A stretch of 64,000 nt of DNA from Octopus vulgaris. Its lineage: Eukaryota. Where the stretch lies: the NCBI GenBank assembly GCA_951406725.2, contig OX597831.1, positions 44,826,001 through 44,890,000 on the forward strand. The letters are read 5' to 3'. This document shows positions 54,915 through 64,000 of the stretch, in pieces. A model generated the notes under the pieces. It did not search any database and was not told where the DNA came from. It was given only the letters and a program-made list of their open reading frames with translations. The position numbers were made by a program, and so were the translations under genes. The stretch's first letter is position 1. The number at the start of each line of letters is the position of its first letter.

Positions 54915-55529
54915 GGAGTGAGAGAGAAGAGAGAGAGAGAGAAAGAAAGAGAGAGTGAAAGAGAGAGAGAGAGAGAAACGTGGAGCAAGACGGAAAGAGT
55001 AGAATCAACATTTACTTCAGGTCTGATACTTTATTTATCGACCCAGAGAGAACGAAGGTAAAATTGACTAACGCAGGATTTGTACTCAGCGCAGAGAGCC
55101 GGAACAAACACCCAGTGACCAACGACAGCTACAGTATGTACCAGTCGGGGCAGTATTTGAGTTTGCAGACAGACACCACACCACGCTCTGGGGCAATACA
55201 GCTTTTTACAGCAGCAATGCCGACCTAATAAAAGCGTTGATCGTGGTAGACAGCCGCCCACCTCAGCTCCGTCAGTTTCGACGGTGAGGCTTCTAGTCGA
55301 TCCGATCAACGGAACAGTCAGCTCGTGAAATTAACGTGAATGTGGCTGAGCACTCCTCAGACACGCGTAGCCCTTAACGCAGTTCGCTGGGAGATTCAGC
55401 GTGACACGTAATGTGACAAAACTAGCCTTTCTGAATTAGATGTACAACTCATTTTTGTCAGTTGAGTGGACTGGAGCAACGTGAAATAAAGTGTCTTGCT
55501 CAAGGACTCAACATGCTGCCAGATATCGG

Positions 55530-55560
<31 letters not shown>

Positions 55561-55646
55561 TGTATGTATGTATGTATGTATGTATGTCTATAAATAATTC
55601 CGGCACCAATGTGCAAGTGTGCGTGAATATTATCTCTTTTTCTTTC

Positions 55647-55744
<98 letters not shown>

Positions 55745-56524
55745 ATTTATATTGTATACATGTGTGTGTGTATGTGTGTGTGTGTATGTTTGTGTGTGTG
55801 TGTGTGTGCATATGTGTGTGTAAATGTGCATGTATGTGTGTACGTTTGTGTGTGTGATATCTAATTCGCAGAAGGTAATAAAAGCGACTCAAGGGCCGAG
55901 AGTTTCGTGCATGGTACGTATGAAACTGACGAGGGCAATATTTGAAACTCTTGGCCCTTGTTCACTCTTAAATCCCCAAGCTCTTAGCGGCCATTTTCGT
56001 TAAATGAGCTGAATTAAATTAAGTGTCCAACCGCAACTTCTAGGACCAGGAGAATTTAGAAGAAAAAAACCCCCAAAAAAACTAAGGATCAAGGTCTCAG
56101 AACAGAAAGTTGTGAAGAGAAAGTTATTATACACCAACGGGAGAACATTAGCTGAAATGGCACAATTATACATACATAGATACATTCATGAATGTATACA
56201 TGCACACATACATACATTCAGACATACATACAGACAGACAGATTGAGAGATAGATATGATCATTCATACATTCATATATGCACACACACATGCATACACA
56301 CAAATACACATGTTTATTTACCCCATAGTTTCAAAGAGATATTGTGCATCCTGAAGATCTCAGGGACAGAAGTGGTTAACACGCACCGCTAAACGTAGAG
56401 GGGCAAACAAGGACAGACAAAGAGATTAAGTCGATTACATCGACCCTAGTGTGTAACTGGTACTTACTTAATCGATCCCGAAAGGACAAAATACCGCTCA
56501 GCATTTCACCCGACGTGTCTCTAC

Positions 56525-57290
56525 TTATAGTATATTGTATTTAAACTGTGGTATATGCAGTACAATATGCAGAGCACCTCCTATATACAATAGAGTTGTG
56601 TTTCTGTACTGCTGTACAGGACATATAGCGAAGTGTATTTGTAGTATACTATATACATAGTGTGTCTGTAATGCTGTGTAGTATACTTATAGTGTAGTCT
56701 GTCTATTGTAGTATATTCATAATATAGAGCATCTGTACTGCAGTATAGTATACCTGTAGTATGGTGGACTGTACTATAATATATATTATATAATATATAC
56801 AATATATATACATATAGTATAGAGTATCTGTGCTGTAGTATAGTATACTTATAGTGTGGTGCATCTGTACCACAATATAGTGTACTTATAGTATAGAGTA
56901 TCTCTACTATTTGATAGTGTACTTATAATGTGGTGTATCTGTACTGTTGTATAGTGTAGTATTCTTCAGTGGAAAAGTCAGAGTATGTGGTAGCCGAGGC
57001 TTATGCAGCATACAGCATACCCAAAAGTGTCACCACTATAAAAGCGTAGCCCGGAGCGGATTGCCCCTTGCTGTCCTATCAACGATGCTGGTAAATGTAT
57101 AGTGTGATGTATCTGTATTGCGGCATAGTAAATATAGTTGTAGAGTTTCTGTACTGCTCAGTAGTACGCTTATAGTGTGGTGTATCTGTACTCTAATATA
57201 CTGTACTAATAGTATTTGTACTGTAGAATACATATAATTTCTACTACAGTACAGTATACCTGTAGTGTGATGGGCTGTAGTATTGTTAAC
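56525..57290. repeat. Degenerate ~35-bp minisatellite (gtatagtatacttatagtgtggtgtatctgtact-like), interrupted at ~56960-57095
   Basis: Recurrent tatctgtactg / atagtatacttatagtg motifs at ~35-bp spacing. Confidence 0.7.
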
Positions 57291-58521
57291 ATAGTGTCCC
57301 GAATCTATAGGTTCGTTAGGCCGGATTATATTTCGGTTCTCATGGCATTTAATCGACATAGAGAACAAGACTTCGACTTGAACGGAGTCTCTGGCAGTTG
57401 CAGGATTAACCACGTCCCACTGGCAGACGCAAGACTCCGTTTTCAGCCGAGTGGACTAGAATAGCGTAAATGAAGTGGATTGCTCAAGGACACTACGCAT
57501 CACCCGGTTCAAGTATCGAACCCACGTCTAAATGATCGTGAACCAAACACCCTAACCACTAAGCCATGTAGCTTTGTTGCTTGGGTCCAGCTCAAATTCA
57601 GATCGAACAGCTCTATAAACATAGGCGTTCTAACTGTGGCCACACTCTAATTGGGTCAGACTAAGTTGTCTTTCATCTTTCTTTTAAACGCAGTAGAGCA
57701 TATTTTGATATGTCGCTGCTATTTCCAGCAGATCGAGTGACTATGTAGAGGTTCACTCGTTGGTTCGTTAATATAGTGTATGATATGGGTCGTGCTGTTA
57801 ATGCGATGAACAATAGTGTATGCTTCTGTCGTTGCAGCTGTGTGCCTGGCACCTTAGTCGAGTTTAGTAGGATTTGAGAGAAGGGACAACTGGACCATTC
57901 AGCCTGCTGGAAATAGCAGCCAAATCTCATTGAAATTACAGCCTATTGTTTTGATAGAGGAAGGATACATTTGATAATGTGTCGTATTTGATGATATAAA
58001 ATACGCACAGTCGTAATGGATGCAGAGCGCATATTCAAAAAGAAAAAAAAGAAAAGGACAAGGTCCTTTTCGAGTCATATAGATTCATAGAGGAGTTTCC
58101 CGGTTTCTGTGGTGCATATATTCTACCCCGGGTGGACTGTCAGTCAGTCGCAGGATTATTTAATTCTACCCGCTGAGTGAACTGGAGGAACATGAAATGA
58201 AGTGTTTTGCTTAAGACCACAACGTATCGCCCGGTCCAGGAATCGAAACCACAATCTTACGACCACAAGTCCAACACGCTTAACCACTAAGACACGCGCC
58301 TCCACAGCATAGTCAAGTATTAGGTTTTCAGTACGTTAAAACTTACGGGAGACCCAAATTATCATATAGGACTCAGGGTGATTTTTTTTTAACGGTTGAA
58401 AAAGGCTGGTAGAAACAAGTATTATGTGTCTATCTTTTTATACATACAGACCGACCAAAGCCTTGTGAGTGAATTTGGTAAACGGAAAATGAAAGAAGCC
58501 CGACGTATATATATATATATA

Positions 58522-58556
<35 letters not shown>

Positions 58557-59318
58557 TCCTCCATCACCGTTTGACAACCGGTGCTGGTGTGTTTACGTCC
58601 TCGTTACATAACGGTTCGGTGAATGAGAACGATAGAATAAGTGCTAGGCTTAAGAAATAAGTCATGCGGGTCGATTTGTTTCACCAAAAACACTTCGAGG
58701 CGTTGCTCCAGCATGGCCGCAGTCAAATGAGTGAAAGAATAAAATAATGGAAAAGATGACAGCGGCTGGAACGCTTATGGTTATAAGATCTGTTTCCCCA
58801 CTCAGGGCTGACCTAGGGCTATACAACAACAACAACAACATCTTAATTGCTGTATTGCAGTTACTGCATTATAATGTAAGTATTTTTCTGGGGTTGGTTC
58901 CAAAGCTTTCTGGCTTGGTAATTTTTTCCAAACACAGCCCGAAATAAAACAAATATTAAATTTAGATTTACTTGGATAATTAAATGAAATACAGGTGCCT
59001 GTTACATAAGTGTAAATTAACGCGGACTGTAAGGAGTGCCGAACCATCGATGGTCGGAAAATTGGTGTTGTACCTGTATAAGCATGTTGTTGCTTCTGTG
59101 ATTACAGTACTGATCTATGGATATTGTGTTGGAGCTATATTGTACACTACGTATTGGACAGGCCAGATTCGACGGAGTTGGCGCTTGTCGGCTGGTTTAG
59201 CATGATTTTACGATTTAAAGGTGGCCTATCTTCCTCAGGTAGAAACGAAGGGGTTAGCGTTCTGTAAATAAATAATCATGCACATACACGCAAGCGCAGA
59301 CGCACACACGCGCAGACG

Positions 59319-59357
<39 letters not shown>

Positions 59358-59460
59358 CACAAACACGTGTTGTTTATATGTATGCATAAAGATACACTGA
59401 CACATTCATACTTATGTATGTGTATATATATCTAGTATATACATATATGTATATATACAT

Positions 59461-59521
<61 letters not shown>

Positions 59522-60310
59522 CATACACACACACATATATATATCCATGCATGCACATATATACATATGCACATACATACATAATTACACACATTTATAT
59601 ATACATACATACAAGTATATATGTATGTGTGTGTATATATATATCTAATATAAACATATCTGTATATATACATACATACACACATACATACATATATATA
59701 TACATACATATATATATACACTCATATGCATGCACATATATACATATGCACATACATATATAATTACACACACACACATATATATATATGCATACATACA
59801 AGTATATACGTACACACATATATACATACACACATGTATTTATATTGACACACACACGCATACATACATATGCATACATACAAGTATAAAGTACATACAT
59901 ACATACATATGTACGCACACACACACACATCGTTCTTGCACTTTTATTCTGTTCCGTCACTTGTAACTACATCCTATATATTACATGTGCAATTACAAAC
60001 CTGTTACGCATACATAAATCCTATGTACTTAGCAGTGATTACTAAAATACTTAATAAGCAGATTGAAACGGGAGGCGGCGGCGGCGGTGGTGGTGGTGAA
60101 GAGGCGGGGGCTACATTTCACACCGGGTCTATTAACAGCTTTGTTAGGGGCCTGAAATAGGGCACAGTACGACAGGTACTACACCAATTGTAACTATTGT
60201 TGCTGAATTGTTGATACCTGGAAATATGCACTTTAGAGTACAATGGGTATGGTACCATACAGTAGGTACTCTGTAGTGGTTAGTAAAGGCATTAGTAAAA
60301 TCCAACTTAC

Positions 60311-61109
60311 CGGAACTTCCCTCGTCCTCACCGGAAGTGTCGAGTTTACGTTTGACATGTTGCCATTTGTGTCCTATGTGTAAGTCCAGAATTGTAGGCA
60401 CCTTCCAGTGGTCCTCAATTGAGAACATATCACCATTGTAATCCAGTCCGTACGCGGATCCCCGGAAATCTTGCAAGATAACAATTTTGCCACGGATGTC
60501 TCCAAGAATGGGTATAGAAGAGAAGCAACTCCAAATTCGACCGTCCTTGATATACTGTTGGATAGACGCCTGGAACGTTTCTTCAAAGGGTCGGTTATTT
60601 TCAGCCGACTGAAATTCCTTTTTAATACGCATAATGATTGTCTCTGTGGGGTAGTCTATTAAAAAGCGAACGATCTCTCGCAGAACCATAGGAAAATCAG
60701 CATGTTGGTATTTAATTCCGTGGTGTATAGGCAACCCGTTACGATAATGTCGACAACGAATATCTAAGAAACGTATGCCTGCCTGTAGTTGTGAGTATAA
60801 CAACCAGTGTTGACACTCTGCCATGTCTCCGCCGTAATGAGCCATTGTGTTGTGTGTGCCTGGCACGGTTAAGTGTGCTAGCGACGTTTGATCTGAGAGT
60901 GTCGACATCCAGTCGGTGTTGTAACGACTGGGGAAGTTTAACATATCGACTGTGGGTTGACTGGAATAGGAGCCCACGATGGGAACATGGTGCTCCTTTC
61001 CCTGTAGTCTCCCTAGTCTATAACCGGCCCGAGGCCGGAGGCAATAGGCATATGTAGATGATGTTTAGACACAACAGCACAAGGTGAGTGCCACTACTAC
61101 ACTGCTGAA
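60311..61109 (-). CDS. Large exon of a bacterial-type (Bacillus/Listeria-like) PI-PLC X-domain protein; in-frame TAA at 61067-61065, first downstream in-frame ATG at 60944
   Basis: DWMSTL..TSLAHLTVPGTHNT (catalytic His 1), QLQAGIRFLDIRCR, LPIHHG (catalytic His 2), FL..YPTETIIMRIKKE, LGDIRGKIVILQDF. Acceptor ccattgcag| at 61110/61109. Donor G|gtaagt at 60311/60310 (phase 1). Confidence 0.85.
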
Positions 61110-61580
61110 CTGCAATGGATACACTCGTTAGCAGCAATATAAGAAATATTGATTTTGGCTTTTGCCATAAAACGTTTTTTTTTTATTTCTTTTTCTTTGT
61201 GTTATTTTTTTTTTTCTCCAACTGATTTTCAACTTGTTACTATTAAAACACGAACGTGTGCTGTGAATCGATCGTCCTCCCTTGGGTTGGTGGTGACGGT
61301 GTCTGCTTTCTTCCCTCATTTAGATAAGAGTCTGTTTATATTGTACGTTCTATTGGAATTTTCTAATAAATCATTGTTATGAATCACAGCCTCATTAGGA
61401 ATCGTATTGTCCGGTTTTAATATTGAACAGAACAGAATGAAACCAAAACATCAGAAACAGGTTTCAATGTCAGTTTGCTTTTATCTCGTGTTTTCCCTTT
61501 AATAGAAGAAAAAAAAAATTTAAAAATTTCGTCCTCGTACGTCGTAGCTTTGACAGATTTGACAGGAGAGTGAAGGAAAA

Positions 61581-61661
<81 letters not shown>

Positions 61662-61768
61662 ACTCACGCACGCACACAAACACGCACACGCACGCACACA
61701 CATACACACAGAGATGGATGGACGGACACACATACACACATATGTATGTATGTCTCTCTCTTCCTCCT

Positions 61769-61808
<40 letters not shown>

Positions 61809-61902
61809 CATATACATACACACACATATACGCATATATATACATATACGCGTACATAGAGTTATATAATACATGTAGTAATATCTATCTATCTATCTTG
61901 CG

Positions 61903-61935
<33 letters not shown>

Positions 61936-61936
61936 A

Positions 61937-61983
<47 letters not shown>

Positions 61984-62126
61984 TACATACACACACTTAC
62001 ATACATATATAATTATACACACACACACAAACACACACACACACACGCACATTGTACTCTGCACAGTTGTACTCTGCACAGTTGTACTCTACACAATCAT
62101 CAGCTGGATGATTATTTTGGTAGAAT

Positions 62127-62342
62127 AAGGCGGCGAGCTGGCAGAAACGTTAGCACGCCGGGCGAAATGCTTAGCAGTATTTCGTCTGTCGCTACGTTCT
62201 GAGTTCAAATTCCGCCGAGGTCGACATTGCCTTTCATCCTTTCGAGGTCGATAAATTAAGTACCAGTTGCGTACTTGTGTCGATCTAATTGACTGACCCC
62301 CCGCCCCCAAATTTTCGGGCCTTGTGCCTAGAGTAGAAAAAG
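62127..62342 (+). mobile_element. tRNA-derived SINE family B (exemplar; others at ~13424-13790, 15680-16330, 16750-17430, 18780-18996, 19988-20410, 28380-28975, 40330-40545, 43940-44710, 56380-56515)
   Basis: aggcggcgagctggcagaaacgttagcacgccgggcgaaatg...gagttcaaattcc (B-box)...gactttgcctttcatcctttcggggtcgataaa recurs many times on both strands. Confidence 0.85.
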
Positions 62343-62438
62343 ATTATTTTGGTAAAATGATGTCTACAACAGGTGTACACTCGTTTCACTTTCAAAGATT
62401 TTCAAGCAGTAAAATAAAGATGGTTTAATCTTATCTTA

Positions 62439-62742
62439 TCTTTATATATAAAAGTGAAGTTGTGTGAGTGTCTGTCTCCTACGATTTAGATTCCTAACTA
62501 CTCCCACATTTTGCGGTGCAGTTTAACCAAAACCGGGTATCTTATAGTCGTGATTCATATCGAGCCCTTCTGGGTATTAGCGCGCGTCTACGATGAGTCT
62601 ACGATTAAAAAAAAAAATTACCATAATTTTTTCCCATTTTTAATGCATTTTTTTTGCTATTATATAAGGGAAGTAACTCTCTAAAAATGCTTATGTAGTT
62701 ATTTCACTTACAAACCCGAGCAACGCCGGGCGATACTGCTAG
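62439..62742 (+). mobile_element. Non-autonomous Helitron
   Basis: Starts a|TCTTTATATATAAAAG; subterminal GC hairpin cccgagcaacgccggg (62715-62730); ends CTAG|t; no TSD. Confidence 0.8.
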
Positions 62743-63424
62743 TCTAATATATAGTTCAGTTTTGTGTCAGTAATTCAAACAAAATAAAATAGAAGACGTT
62801 TAGATAGAAGTTCTCTTTTCTATTAAGGCACAGATGCTGTTAAAAGATATCGAGGACGGTAAGGAACGGCACATTGCGGTATCATATATTAAAAAAAAAA
62901 AGGTGGCGCGGAGGCAGGAGAAAAACTAAACAAAAAGTAAATAATTTTAAGAAAAGTTATCGAAAAGAAGAGAAGGAGCTGCGGGCTACTCGTGGAATCT
63001 TCCCAAAAACTACGGTCACCCTGATGGGCACCCTCTCCTAAACGTCCTCCTCCGATCAACATAGGATTACAGGGCAGGTCCGTTCACTCGGGCATGCTCA
63101 AGATATTTGCTGAAAAGCAGCGTTTCTCTCTTCATCTTCATCTTCATTTTCCTTTCCAAGTCAAGCATTTCTTCACGGTAGGATCACCCCACCTCACTTA
63201 TTTTTATTGCTTTTTCCTTCTGTTTTTTCTTTCTTTCTTTCTTTTTTTCTGCCAAGGCAAGGCGAACGTTTCTAGTCATATACATTATTATTATTGGTAA
63301 AAAGATTCAAAGTCTTACAGCTGTTTCTGGGATATCCCAGAGTATAGGATATTCCGGCATCGGAGACAAATAGGGTATAGATTAATGAAATGATGACATA
63401 GAGGATGGGAGTAAAGGAAGTGGA

Positions 63425-63807
63425 AGCACTCCGTCGGTAACGACGATGAGGGTTCCGGTTGATCCGAATAAACGGAACAGCCTGCTCGTGAAATTAACGT
63501 GTAAGTGGCTGAGCACTCCACAGACACGTGCACCCTTAACGTAGTTCTCGGGGATATTCAGCGTGACACAGAGAGTGACAAGGCCGGCCCCTTGAAATAC
63601 AGGTACAACAGAAACAGGAAGTAAGAGTGAGAGAAAGTTGTGGTGAAAGAGTACAGCAGGGATCACCACCATCCCCTGCCGGAGCCTCGTGGAGCTTTTA
63701 GGTGTTTTCGCTCAATAAACACTCACAACGCCCGGTCTGGGAATCGAAACCGCAATCCTATGACCGCGAGTCCGCTGCCCTAACCACTGGGCCATTGCGC
63801 CTCCACA
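63425..63807 (-). mobile_element. tRNA-derived SINE family C (exemplar; related copies at ~3005-3310, 9240-9435, 17735-17965, 27330-27637, 36468-36800, 45620-45900, 50560-50800, 52370-52840, 58060-58305)
   Basis: Head gtggaggcgc..tggcccagtggttagggc...ggtttcgattccc with A and B boxes; dispersed copies share body segments. Confidence 0.8.
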
Positions 63808-63824
63808 GTAAAGGAAGAAGGAAA

Positions 63825-64000
63825 TGAAGAAGGAGAAGAAAAAAGAAGCATAAAAGTTAACAGTTCAACTTTCCGATCTTGTAGAAATAAGTCCATAAGT
63901 CCTTACGCAGGATTGCACCTAAGGACTTATGAACTTATTTCTACAAGATCGAAAAGTTGAGCTGTGAACTTTTACGCTTCTTTTTTCTTCTCTTTCTTCA
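63825..64000. repeat. Hairpin (~80-bp arms), may extend past the window edge
   Basis: ...gatcttgtagaaataagtccataagtcctta-loop-taaggacttatgaacttatttctacaagatc... Confidence 0.9.

Noticed and set aside
59140-59275. Good minus-strand acceptor at 59262/59261 with a 37-codon open frame
   Set aside because: The phase does not match the PI-PLC donor (phase 1 gives E-R-stop), and the peptide has no recognisable motif.

Overview
Eukaryotic, AT-rich, very repeat- and microsatellite-dense genomic DNA. It is most consistent with an octopod cephalopod (inference from a mollusc-type opine dehydrogenase, abundant tRNA-derived SINEs and extreme simple-repeat load). Three host genes are supported. (1) The last three coding exons of an unidentified + strand gene (987-1120, 4225-4412, 6083-6543), with matching splice phases. 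(2) An octopine/opine dehydrogenase whose CDS has no intron (14132-15349, -). (3) A bacterial-type phosphatidylinositol-specific phospholipase C (PI-PLC, -) split by a 14.8-kb intron (61109-60311 joined to 45496-45276), whose signal-peptide-like N-terminus is interrupted by an in-frame TAA. The rest is SINEs, LINE fragments, mariner/Tc2/hAT/Merlin-like/Helitron elements, Penelope-like termini carrying minimal hammerhead-ribozyme-like motifs, and many long palindromes. One palindrome array is a 2.4-mer concatemer of a ~212-nt fully rod-shaped (dumbbell) unit. Most ORFs in the supplied track are microsatellite or SINE translations. No database searches were run; family assignments come from motif recognition.
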